DNA of 64,000 nt from an uncultured Pelagibacteraceae bacterium (GTDB lineage Bacteria; Pseudomonadota; Alphaproteobacteria; Pelagibacterales; AG-422-B15). Positions 28,881 to 38,308 of this stretch are shown in pieces. The notes under the pieces are model-generated. The model did no database searches and was not told where the DNA came from. It saw only the letters and a list, made by a program, of their open reading frames with translations. Within the stretch, counting starts at the first letter, position 1. Each line of letters starts with the position of its first letter. Location: positions 4,319 through 68,318 of the forward strand of contig CACPJE010000001.1 in assembly GCA_902634045.1 (NCBI GenBank), in the 5' to 3' direction. Position numbers and translations under genes: made by a program.

Positions 28881-30121
28881 GTTGAAGAATTTCGAATAAT
28901 TTTTTCGTAATATTTTAAACTATTCTTTGGTTTTCTCTCTAAACTATTCCGATCTACTTCTACTAAGCCAAATTTAGGTCCGTATCCAAACAACCACTCA
29001 AAATTATCTAGAAAAGACCATAAATAATATCCTTTAATATCTAAACCATCATCAATGCATTTTTGAAGACCTTCCAAAGCAGTTGTCATAAATTTAATTC
29101 TTTGCTCATCGTTATCTGTTCCTATGCCATTTTCAGTTACTATTAATGGACAGTTAACTTTTTGGGATACATATCGAAGAACATTCTCTAATGCTTCTGG
29201 ATAATATTCATATCCCATGATAAGTTTTTTCTCGTCATTTCTGTTAAGCTCTATAACTCCCTCTGGACCAAAAATAAATCTTGTATACATCTGTATCCCT
29301 ATAAAATCATCATTTTTGACCTGATCAAGACATATATCTACTGACTCAGCATTAGCCTTATCTCGCAATTCTTCTCCACCAGAGACACATTGGTAATCCA
29401 TGATAGATAAAGTGATCCCTACTTTTTGGTTATTGTTTAAATAACTTTTAATTACTGGCATAGATTTTGTATGTGCTTTCATCATACAATCTCTGACTTT
29501 AAAAGGGTGACCAAAGAAGAATGGTCCAAAGTTTTCAAGATTAGTTTCACAAGTTAATGCTGCATCATTAATAAATGGCATAATTGATTTTAAACCTTCT
29601 TTAGGAAAATTTGGCCATGAGTGTGCAAATCCAGCTGTCAGATTGGCTTCATTTATTGTACATACCATATCGATGTGATCGCCAAGTTCTTTAGAAACTT
29701 TTTCAGCATACCTTACGAAGAGATCTACATTATCTTCCCTTTCCCAACCTCCTTTAGCAGTAAACCATAAAGGTGAGGTAAAGTGCTGATACGTTAAACA
29801 AGTTTTTAAATTATATTTGTGGCAGCAGTCTAAAACTTTTTTATAGTGATCAATAGCTTCCTGAGAAAATTCTCCTTCAGAAGTTTCAATGCGAGCCCAC
29901 TCGATAGATAATCGATATGATTGAATTGCATGATCAGCCATCAATTTTATATCTTCTTCGTATCTATTCCATTGGTCACAAGTAATTCCTGACGGCTCTA
30001 CAAACACTGTATTTTTAGTATTTTCTAGTAACCAGAAATCCGAATTGGTATTATTGCCTTCTACTTGATGTGCTGCAGTTGCAGTACCCCAGATAAAATC
30101 TTTTGGTAAATTTAGCTTCAT
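28877..30121 (-). CDS. Glycoside hydrolase family 1 (beta-glucosidase/beta-galactosidase)
   Basis: 414 aa. N-terminal FIWGTATAAHQVEG, acid/base region TINEAN, and nucleophile region VTENG. Confidence 0.9.
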   Translation of the reverse strand: MKLNLPKDFIWGTATAAHQVEGNNTNSDFWLLENTKNTVFVEPSGITCDQWNRYEEDIKLMADHAIQSYRLSIEWARIETSEGEFSQEAIDHYKKVLDCCHKYNLKTCLTYQHFTSPLWFTAKGGWEREDNVDLFVRYAEKVSKELGDHIDMVCTINEANLTAGFAHSWPNFPKEGLKSIMPFINDAALTCETNLENFGPFFFGHPFKVRDCMMKAHTKSMPVIKSYLNNNQKVGITLSIMDYQCVSGGEELRDKANAESVDICLDQVKNDDFIGIQMYTRFIFGPEGVIELNRNDEKKLIMGYEYYPEALENVLRYVSQKVNCPLIVTENGIGTDNDEQRIKFMTTALEGLQKCIDDGLDIKGYYLWSFLDNFEWLFGYGPKFGLVEVDRNSLERKPKNSLKYYEKIIRNSST

Positions 30122-30123
30122 AT

Positions 30124-31158
30124 CTAGATAAATTTTGCGTTTGAATAATTTTTAAAGATATACTCTTTTAATCCTTCAACCAAATCATTTTTTATAAGAG
30201 TAACAATTGCTCCACCAAAACCTGCACCAGTTAACTTAGCTCCCATTGCTCCGTATTCATTACATAGTTGAACTAGTTGATCAAGTTCTGGACGTGAAAC
30301 AGCATAATCGTTTGCAAGTGAGTTATGACTCTGCGTCATCAGTTCTCCAAATAATTTTGGATCATTATTTAAAAGTGCTTCTGAACCTTTCTTTGATCTA
30401 ATATTTTCTTCAATGACGTGTCTGATCACTTTTAATTCAGAAGTTGATAGTAAATCTTTGTCTTTTTGATCAATCTTATCCTTATCACATAAGTATTTTA
30501 CTCCCATTTTTCCTGCTGATTGATTACACATCTTTTTTCGGTCATTAAATGCACTATCACTTAAAATTCTTTTTATTCCACTATCAATTATTTGAAAATT
30601 ATAATCATCAAAGAGAGGTATTAATTTATAGTCATTATTCATAGTGTTTAAGAAAAGAGCTTTATCAGTTTCCCCATAGACCGAAACAAATTGGTCCATT
30701 ACCCCTCCACCAACACCAACAAAGTCATTTTCTATACAGTGGGCAATTTTTACCATTGTTGATTGATCTAAACTGATTTCAAAATAATTTGATAGAGCTC
30801 TTATCATACTTACACAAGTTGCTGCAGAAGATGAAAGGCCAATACCTATAGGCAAATTGCTTTCTATATTTACAGAAATATTGGAAATATCAGTCTTATA
30901 AAATTTTTTAAAATAATCACATGAGCCAATTATAAAGTCTGCCCAGTTGTTAAGTTTTTCTGAATAGTTGGATATCGATATTTCTTCTTTATAGTTTCTA
31001 GATTTAATTAATATTCCCTCTATATCTGATTTATGTTCAATTTTTATAGTTACTGACTTATCGATCTGTAAAGGTAATACACAACCTCCATTGTAATCTA
31101 AATGTTCTCCAAGAAGATTGACTCGACCAAATGCTTTACCAATAGAAGAAGATTTCAT
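30124..31158 (-). CDS. galK: Galactokinase (GHMP kinase)
   Basis: 344 aa. Galactokinase signature GRVNLLGEHLDYNGG, GHMP ATP motif PIGIGLSSSAA, and C-terminal GAGFGGA. Confidence 0.88.
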   Translation of the reverse strand: MKSSSIGKAFGRVNLLGEHLDYNGGCVLPLQIDKSVTIKIEHKSDIEGILIKSRNYKEEISISNYSEKLNNWADFIIGSCDYFKKFYKTDISNISVNIESNLPIGIGLSSSAATCVSMIRALSNYFEISLDQSTMVKIAHCIENDFVGVGGGVMDQFVSVYGETDKALFLNTMNNDYKLIPLFDDYNFQIIDSGIKRILSDSAFNDRKKMCNQSAGKMGVKYLCDKDKIDQKDKDLLSTSELKVIRHVIEENIRSKKGSEALLNNDPKLFGELMTQSHNSLANDYAVSRPELDQLVQLCNEYGAMGAKLTGAGFGGAIVTLIKNDLVEGLKEYIFKNYSNAKFI

Positions 31159-31161
31159 TAA

Positions 31162-32487
31162 TTATTTATTAGATAATTCGGAGAAAATTTTATTATAAAA
31201 TTGACTATCATACTTATGAAAATAGAGGATGATCATAGCAATCGAACCTGCAAAAACTGGGAAAAGGTAGCCCATTGCAAAAAGACCATCTAAAGTTTCA
31301 ATGCTTTGAGATTCTGCATTAGGAATATAGTTTGTTTTTTCTAAGATAATTCCAGCAAACCATGCACTGATCCCAATGCTTAATTTAAATATGCATACAT
31401 GGAAAGCATTTATTACACCTTCTGCTCTAAATCCTGACTTCCATTCTCCATACTCAACTGTATCTGCAATCATAGACCATACAGCCACTCCTGCCATTCC
31501 AAAGCCAATGAAGGCAGGAACGCCTACAAGAGCTAATAACCAGAAGTTTTCATAACCAATTACAAAATAGATAGTTAGGTCAGCTAATACATACAAAGCT
31601 GTTCCAAGAATATATATGTTTTTTTTCTCAAGTTTATTTTTAATTAAGTTTGCCAGAAAAGCACCCATCATGATTTGTAAGATTACAGATAAGAGAATGA
31701 GCCCAAAATATGGTTCAAGTTGAAGATTATATTTTACAAAATAGATAACTGTTACTTGTTTAATATTGTTAGCCATCCATGTTCCAAATATTGCAACAAT
31801 TACAAACTGCAATGGAAAATTAGAAGCAATCATGCTTAAATTTCTTTTTATACTTATTCTTTCTTCATAAACTTTAGAATATGTTTCTTCGGTGTGAAAA
31901 AAACAAAGAAAGAAAAAAATAGCCGCAACAATAGAAAAAGCTCCAACTACTACTGGAAAACCAGTAGCTGGAGATTCGAATTTATAAACCAACCAAAGTG
32001 TAAGTGCAGCAACAACTATTGAACCTGTGCTACCACCTAAATATCTAAAAGATGCTAAAGATGTTCTTTCATTCATATCCTGTGTCATGACAGGAATTAA
32101 AGATCCATATGGAATTGCAGTTATTGTGTATAAAGTAGTAAATGATATGTATGTACATAAAGCCCAGTAAAACTTCCCAGTTTGGGATAGATCTGGAGCT
32201 GTGAAACACAGAACAATTGCTGCTAACGCAGGCAATGAGGCAAAAATTAAATAAGGTCTAAATTTCCCCCATCTACTTGAAGTATTGTCTGCGATATAGC
32301 CCATTATGGGATCAGTTAATGCATCCCATATTTTTGCGATGAAGAATACTAATCCAGCTTTAGCAGGAGATAATCCAAAAACATCTGTGTAAAAAAACAT
32401 CAAGTAAAAGACTGTTAACTGCCACATAATGTTGACGGCAAAATCACCACCACCATAGAAAAACTTTCTTCTAAAATTTAATTTCAT
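31162..32487 (-). CDS. Glycoside-pentoside-hexuronide (GPH) family cation symporter
   Basis: The track ORF starts at TTG 32493. ATG 32487 gives an ATGA overlap with the upstream stop. The GPH signature DALTDPIMGYIADNTSSRWGKFRP is present, with about 12 TM. Confidence 0.85.
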   Translation of the reverse strand: MKLNFRRKFFYGGGDFAVNIMWQLTVFYLMFFYTDVFGLSPAKAGLVFFIAKIWDALTDPIMGYIADNTSSRWGKFRPYLIFASLPALAAIVLCFTAPDLSQTGKFYWALCTYISFTTLYTITAIPYGSLIPVMTQDMNERTSLASFRYLGGSTGSIVVAALTLWLVYKFESPATGFPVVVGAFSIVAAIFFFLCFFHTEETYSKVYEERISIKRNLSMIASNFPLQFVIVAIFGTWMANNIKQVTVIYFVKYNLQLEPYFGLILLSVILQIMMGAFLANLIKNKLEKKNIYILGTALYVLADLTIYFVIGYENFWLLALVGVPAFIGFGMAGVAVWSMIADTVEYGEWKSGFRAEGVINAFHVCIFKLSIGISAWFAGIILEKTNYIPNAESQSIETLDGLFAMGYLFPVFAGSIAMIILYFHKYDSQFYNKIFSELSNK

Positions 32488-33632
32488 AAACAATTATAAG
32501 TTTCTTCTACCAATTTTAATGCTCTCTGGTCTCCTAACATTGAACCAGTAAGTAGGTTCATTGTATATGCAAAACTGAGATTATTTTCTGGATCGCCAAA
32601 AGCGACTGAACCACCCCAGCCTGTATGTCCAAAAGCTTTGCTACTATTTCCAAATAATTTTCCTCCACCAACGCTATAACCAGTACAGCTCCACTGCATA
32701 GGTGATTTCATAACATTATCATTGCCTTTTATTTCTGTTTTTGTAACCAAATCAAAAGTTTCTTTACTAATGAAACTATTTTCATCATTTTTACTATTCA
32801 TAAAGAAGTCATAAATTTTACTAATTGATCTAGCATTAGCATGACAATTCATTGCAGGAATTTCAGCAAGACGCCATTCACGAGTATTAGAAGTTTTGGT
32901 TCGGTTGGCAGGATTTAAGAATGCATTAACCATATATTGATCAACATGTTCTGGATTACTAAAAGCTTTTCTTAAACTTTCAGAACTAATTAATTCAGCA
33001 ATATTATTATGATATTCTTCTGGTGTTCCTATAAAACATTTTGCATCTAAAGGGTCGCTAAGATTTTCTTTTAAGAAATTTCCAACACTCTTTTTCGTAA
33101 CTCTTCTAATTAACTCTCCAACTAAAAACCCAATTGTTTTCGGGTGGTAACAAATTTCTTGTCCTGGAATATGAAATGGTTCTTGTTTAGCAAGTAGGTC
33201 AACTACAAAATCCCATCGATAAAAATCTAACTCATCGATTTTTTCTTTCCATCCATATAGTCCTGCTTGGTGTGAAAGTAATGTTCTAACTTTAATATTT
33301 TCTTTTCCTGCCTGTGCAAATTCTGGCCAATAAGTTGCAACATTTTCATCAAGGTCAATTTGACCTTTGTCAATCAGGTGAGCAATAATCATCGCTACTA
33401 ACCCTTTACTTGTAGAATGGATATTAACGATAGTGTCTTGATCCCAGGCCTTGGTCTTATCCTTATCCCTATACCCGCCATACAAGTCAATAACTAGTTT
33501 GCCTTCATGAAAGACTGCAAATGAAGCACCAACTTCCTCTCCATTTTCTATGTTGCTTTTAAAAAGACTAAACACCTTTTCAAATTTTTTATCGTAATTT
33601 CCTAGTTCTTTAGTCGAATTCATGGTCTTCAT
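32484..33632 (-). CDS. Serine hydrolase of the beta-lactamase/esterase (class C, EstB-like) family
   Basis: 382 aa with the SxxK motif (HSTSKG). No signal peptide. First gene of a four-gene operon. Confidence 0.82.
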   Translation of the reverse strand: MKTMNSTKELGNYDKKFEKVFSLFKSNIENGEEVGASFAVFHEGKLVIDLYGGYRDKDKTKAWDQDTIVNIHSTSKGLVAMIIAHLIDKGQIDLDENVATYWPEFAQAGKENIKVRTLLSHQAGLYGWKEKIDELDFYRWDFVVDLLAKQEPFHIPGQEICYHPKTIGFLVGELIRRVTKKSVGNFLKENLSDPLDAKCFIGTPEEYHNNIAELISSESLRKAFSNPEHVDQYMVNAFLNPANRTKTSNTREWRLAEIPAMNCHANARSISKIYDFFMNSKNDENSFISKETFDLVTKTEIKGNDNVMKSPMQWSCTGYSVGGGKLFGNSSKAFGHTGWGGSVAFGDPENNLSFAYTMNLLTGSMLGDQRALKLVEETYNCL

Positions 33633-33679
33633 TTATAGTGTATTAAGGCCAATATTTATATATTCTTTTTGTTTAGCTT

Positions 33680-34588
33680 ATGACTTCTGATACCAGCAAT
33701 AAATATTTTCTTGGATTCTTCCTAGCTCTTGCAGCAGGTTTAATATGGAGCTTTGGCGCGCCTACCATTCGATACATGATAGATGCACAGATATATCAGT
33801 GGCATTATCTGTTCTGCAGAGGGATTATGGTAGCAACAGTACTAGTAGTTTTTTTATTATACAAAGAAGGACTGGCATTTCGTCATAATTTTAGAAGAGT
33901 AGGGCTATCAGGCTTAATTGGTGGTGTAGGATTAGCATTTGCATTTATCTTTTTTATATTTGGGATGACATTTACTTCTGCTGCGACAACTTTATTCATG
34001 ATTGGAACTCAGCCACTATTTTCAGGGTTACTTGCTTATATCTTTTTACGAGAACATGTTAGATCAGCTACAATAATTGCATGTTTCATTTCATTGTTTG
34101 GAATGTTTTTAATGGCATATAATGATTGGCAGGTAGGAACTTTGCTTGGCTGGTTGTTTGGACTGCTGTGTTCAATTGGATTTTCTATTTTTGCAGCAAG
34201 CTTACGATGGCGACCAGAAACTCCAAAATTTACTACAATTATTATAGCAGGAATAACTTGTTCACTATTTTCTGTAATTATGATTGTTATTTCTGGAGAT
34301 GAGTTTTCAATGCCTCTTAGAAATGTGCTGCTTAGTATGTTTCATGGAACATTAGTTGCTACAGGTTTAATTTGTCTTAGCATTGGAGCAAGATACTTAC
34401 CAGCAGCAGAATTTATGCTTCTTTCTTTGTTGGAAGTAGTAGGAGGTGTTTTGTGGTGTTGGATGCCGATCTTTGGAATAAACGAAGTGCCATCAATAAT
34501 TACTTTGTTTGGAGGAGCAGCAATTATTTTTGCTATTGCTTATCATGCTGTTGGAATGAGGCAGCAATCGACTCCGCCAACACTATAA
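33680..34588 (+). CDS. EamA/DMT-family permease
   Basis: 302 aa, about 10 TM, with a two-fold EamA-type repeat architecture. Confidence 0.8.
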   Translation: MTSDTSNKYFLGFFLALAAGLIWSFGAPTIRYMIDAQIYQWHYLFCRGIMVATVLVVFLLYKEGLAFRHNFRRVGLSGLIGGVGLAFAFIFFIFGMTFTSAATTLFMIGTQPLFSGLLAYIFLREHVRSATIIACFISLFGMFLMAYNDWQVGTLLGWLFGLLCSIGFSIFAASLRWRPETPKFTTIIIAGITCSLFSVIMIVISGDEFSMPLRNVLLSMFHGTLVATGLICLSIGARYLPAAEFMLLSLLEVVGGVLWCWMPIFGINEVPSIITLFGGAAIIFAIAYHAVGMRQQSTPPTL

Positions 34589-34607
34589 ATCTAGAAAGGA
34601 ATAAAAT

Positions 34608-35552
34608 ATGAAAGTAGGGTTTATTGGTTTAGGAAATGTTGGCTTCAAGTTGGCAAGTAGCCTACTTGAAACAGGGTTTGATATTAGTATTTATGATTTG
34701 GAGCGTTCAACAGCGAAGCCATTAGAAGACGCCGGAGCAAAGTGGGTTAATTCACCAAAAGAAATCGCAGATTCTTCAAATATTTGCATAACTTGTTTGC
34801 CAAGTCCAAAGGCAGTCTCTGAGGTTCTAGAAGGTGAGGAAGGATTGTTGCAAGGTTTGTCCGCGGGCAAACTATGGGTGGAAATGAGTACTACTGACAG
34901 TAATGAAATGAGTAGATTATCGGATCTTGTTCTAAATAAAGGCGCATTTGCACTTGAGGCACCTGTGTCCGGTGGTTGTCATAGAGCATCAACAGGAAAT
35001 ATTGCAATACTTGCAGGAGGGTCAAGAGAGGCATTTGAAATGGCATTACCAGCCCTAAAAGCTATAGGGCATGAGATACTTCATGTTGGAGAATTAGGCA
35101 GTGCATCTATTTTAAAAGTTGTAACCAATTATTTAGCATCTACTCATTTGGTAGCATTGGGCGAAGCTTTAATGGTATGTAAAAAATCAGGACTTGATTT
35201 ACCTACTGTATTTAAAGGTATTAAAATAAGTTCAGGTAATAGTTTTGTCCACGAAACTGAGAGTCAAGTTATTATGAATGGAAGTTATAATATTAATTTT
35301 ACTATGGATCTGGTATGCAAAGACGTTGGGCTTTTTGACCAACTAACAAAAGATAAAAAAATACCTGCAGAAATATCACCTTTACTCAAAGATATTTTTC
35401 AAGATGGAAGAAATCGTTTTGGCGATCGTGCATGGTCATCTATGATTGTTAAACGTTTAGAAGAAGCTTGTGAAACAAATTTAAGAGCTGAAGGATTTCC
35501 AGCTGAACTTGTTGATACAACACCAAGAAGAGAAGGTCACGAAATAAAATAA
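34608..35552 (+). CDS. NAD(P)-dependent 3-hydroxyisobutyrate dehydrogenase-family oxidoreductase
   Basis: 314 aa with an N-terminal Rossmann motif (KVGFIGLGNVG) and the length and layout of the HIBADH/6PGDH-like family. Confidence 0.85.
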   Translation: MKVGFIGLGNVGFKLASSLLETGFDISIYDLERSTAKPLEDAGAKWVNSPKEIADSSNICITCLPSPKAVSEVLEGEEGLLQGLSAGKLWVEMSTTDSNEMSRLSDLVLNKGAFALEAPVSGGCHRASTGNIAILAGGSREAFEMALPALKAIGHEILHVGELGSASILKVVTNYLASTHLVALGEALMVCKKSGLDLPTVFKGIKISSGNSFVHETESQVIMNGSYNINFTMDLVCKDVGLFDQLTKDKKIPAEISPLLKDIFQDGRNRFGDRAWSSMIVKRLEEACETNLRAEGFPAELVDTTPRREGHEIK

Positions 35553-36715
35553 TGTCAGAAATAAATTCAACAAATTGGAATTATCCAACTCCTATATGGT
35601 TTGGTTTTAATCGTATTGCCGATATTGACTCAGCTTTAAAGGAAATGGGTATTACTAAACCTCTTATTGTTACGGATCCTCAATTTTCAGAAAATGATAG
35701 TTTCAAGAAAATTTCAAAAGCATTAGATAATAAATCAATTTCTCATTCGATCTTTACTGAGATAAAAGGGAATCCAACTGGAAAGAATGTTAGCGATGGA
35801 GTTAAAAAATTTCGTTCGGAATCTCATGATGGAGTTATTGCAATTGGAGGAGGAAGTTCTTTAGATGCAGGAAAAGCTATAGCATTTATGTCTGTTCAAT
35901 CAGAAAACCTTTGGTTTTTTGAGGATGTTGGGGACAATTGGACTAAGGCAGTGACAGAAAGTCTTCCAAAAGTTATTGCTATTCCAACAACTGCAGGCAC
36001 AGGATCTGAAACTGGGAGAGCTTCATTAATTGTAGATGAAACAAATCTGACGAAAAAAATAATTTTTCACCCATCACTATTGCCTGATTTAGTAATTTTG
36101 GATCCTGAATTGACTTTTACGCTACCTCCTCATTTGACGGCGGCAACTGGCATGGATGCATTCGCACATTGCCTTGAGGCTTACTGTGCAAGAGGATTTC
36201 ATCCAATGGCTGATGGCATTGCTGTTGAAGGAATAAAAAATATTAAAGATTATTTAGTTACTGCATATAAGGATCCATCCAATAAAATTGCACGAGCAAA
36301 AATGTTAGTTACTTCATCAATGGGTTCAACTGCCTTTCAAAAAGGATTAGGAGCGATTCATTCTTTGAGTCATCCAATCAACGCAGTAAATGATATTCAT
36401 CACGGTCTATCCAATGCAATATTTATGCCTTATGTTTTAAAGTTCAATAAAGATGTAATAGAAGACAGATTAATCTTATTATCTAAATATATTGAGCTAA
36501 AGGATCAAACTTTTGATGGAATTATGAATTGGGTTCTAGAACTAAGAAATGATCTGTCGATCCCTCATACATTAAAAGATTTGAATGTAGAATTTAATTT
36601 TGATTTATTATCGCCTATGGCATTAAAAGATCCTTCAACTGGACCAAACCCAAAAGATATTTCATTGGACGAAATGAAACAACTTTACATAGATTCTTAT
36701 GAAGGTAATTTATAA
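35552..36715 (+). CDS. Iron-containing (class III) alcohol dehydrogenase
   Basis: 387 aa with GGGSSLDAGKA and metal-site histidines (AFAHCLEAY, HSLSHP). Confidence 0.88.
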   Translation: MSEINSTNWNYPTPIWFGFNRIADIDSALKEMGITKPLIVTDPQFSENDSFKKISKALDNKSISHSIFTEIKGNPTGKNVSDGVKKFRSESHDGVIAIGGGSSLDAGKAIAFMSVQSENLWFFEDVGDNWTKAVTESLPKVIAIPTTAGTGSETGRASLIVDETNLTKKIIFHPSLLPDLVILDPELTFTLPPHLTAATGMDAFAHCLEAYCARGFHPMADGIAVEGIKNIKDYLVTAYKDPSNKIARAKMLVTSSMGSTAFQKGLGAIHSLSHPINAVNDIHHGLSNAIFMPYVLKFNKDVIEDRLILLSKYIELKDQTFDGIMNWVLELRNDLSIPHTLKDLNVEFNFDLLSPMALKDPSTGPNPKDISLDEMKQLYIDSYEGNL

Positions 36716-36717
36716 CC

Positions 36718-37455
36718 ATGATCAAGACTGAACAAATAACTTATGGAGATGTTAATTCTGAATTAAAATTTCAAGGCACGATTAGTTTTGATGATGAATC
36801 AACATCACATCGACCTGGTATTTTAGTTTGCCATGCATATGGCGGACACTCTGAGTTTGATATACAAAAATCTGAGAAACTTGCAGAGCTAGGATACTTT
36901 GCTTTTGCAATGGATTTGTATGGAGCAGGTAGAAGAGGTAGTAACCCACAAGAATCAATGGCTTTAATGAATGAGTTTAATTCTGACCGTGTTTTATTGC
37001 AGGAGAGAATGATCAATGCATTCAATTTACTAAAGAGTTTTGATCGTGTTGACGAAAATAAAACGGGAGCAATAGGTTTCTGTTTTGGAGGAAAATGTGC
37101 ATTAGACCTAGCAAGGGCAGGTGAAGATGTTAAAGGAGTTGTTAGTTTTCATGGTTTATATGATGCGCCGACTGCAAATCCAGGAAAAACACTAAAAAGT
37201 ACAACCAAGATTTCTAGCTCTATATTAATTCTACATGGCTATGAAGACCCCATGGCAACACCAAAAAACATGATTGATCTTGCTGAAGAACTAAAGTCGA
37301 AAAGTGCTAATTGGCAGATACATGCTTATAGCAATGTAGGACATGCATTTACCAATCCGAATGCTGATGATCGAAATTCAGGATTATTTTATGATCAAGC
37401 TGCAGATGAACATTCATGGCAAGAAATGAAAAACTTTTTTGATTTAATCTTTTAG
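36718..37455 (+). CDS. Dienelactone hydrolase-family alpha/beta hydrolase
   Basis: 245 aa with nucleophile elbow GFCFGG (Cys), HGYEDP and VGHAF. Confidence 0.83.
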   Translation: MIKTEQITYGDVNSELKFQGTISFDDESTSHRPGILVCHAYGGHSEFDIQKSEKLAELGYFAFAMDLYGAGRRGSNPQESMALMNEFNSDRVLLQERMINAFNLLKSFDRVDENKTGAIGFCFGGKCALDLARAGEDVKGVVSFHGLYDAPTANPGKTLKSTTKISSSILILHGYEDPMATPKNMIDLAEELKSKSANWQIHAYSNVGHAFTNPNADDRNSGLFYDQAADEHSWQEMKNFFDLIF

Positions 37456-38292
37456 ACTATCGGCTCTTTCTACATTTCTTTCATAATGTATTGGAAGAAC
37501 TTTTCCATAAACAACTCTTGCATGTTCTGGGGTATTAACTCTCCATCCATCTAAAGTATATGTAGGGAGAGCAATATATCTTGTCGTTTTACCTTCTACT
37601 TTACTTACTCGGTGCATAGAATAACGACCTTTAAAAATTTGAAGATCACCAACTTCTAATTCTAGAACTCGAACATTTTCTCTGTCGCCATCTAGAACTC
37701 TTTTAACCCCTTCAAAATTTTCATCATTAGGCTTTCTGAGATTAGGAACGTATTCAAAGTTACCTCCCTCATCTGCTTTTTGAATTAGGATACTTAAAGT
37801 GAATTCATTACTATCAAAGTGCCAGGGGAAGTAATTTCCAGGATCCATACAATTGTAGACATTTTTTGCCAATGGATCAGCCCAATGGAATAAAGGTTTG
37901 ATATCCAAACAATTGGAAACTAAATCTTTTAATTCTTCTCTATGATATAAAATATTTAAGTCCGAGTCTTCTGGTATGAGATCCCCATTTAGGTAACCAT
38001 TGTTCCGGTCTCCAAAAGAATTAATTGGATGATTATTAGGGAAAGAAGAATCTTTTTTAGTAAAATAAGGGTTGTGACTTTCATCTGACCAGTAAACCTG
38101 ACTTCGTTTTGAATTAATTTCATTGAGCATCTTATTAATTGAATTAGGTTGAACAAAATTTGAAAGTACACAACATCCAATTGTGTCTAATTCATTCTTA
38201 CAATACGCCGTTAATTCTTTATAAATTTTTGAATTTAAATCATGAATTGGGTATTCATTTAAGTTTACAATATCTGATAAAGAGATTGTCAT
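37444..38292 (-). CDS. Putative Fe(II)/2-oxoglutarate-dependent oxygenase, substrate unknown
   Basis: 282 aa. HxD (WHFDSNE) plus a distal His (YSMHRVS) are compatible with a 2-His-1-carboxylate facial triad. Lies 16 nt downstream of the GS-like gene on the same strand. Confidence 0.55.
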   Translation of the reverse strand: MTISLSDIVNLNEYPIHDLNSKIYKELTAYCKNELDTIGCCVLSNFVQPNSINKMLNEINSKRSQVYWSDESHNPYFTKKDSSFPNNHPINSFGDRNNGYLNGDLIPEDSDLNILYHREELKDLVSNCLDIKPLFHWADPLAKNVYNCMDPGNYFPWHFDSNEFTLSILIQKADEGGNFEYVPNLRKPNDENFEGVKRVLDGDRENVRVLELEVGDLQIFKGRYSMHRVSKVEGKTTRYIALPTYTLDGWRVNTPEHARVVYGKVLPIHYERNVERADSLKD

Positions 38293-38308
38293 ATATTGGT
38301 TTTATTAA

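Noticed and set aside
35552-37455. Fe-ADH plus dienelactone hydrolase read as the maleylacetate reductase / dienelactone hydrolase pair of (chloro)catechol degradation.
   Set aside because: No catechol dioxygenase or cycloisomerase is nearby. The ADH is longer than typical maleylacetate reductases as I recall, and DLH-family proteins are common generic hydrolases.
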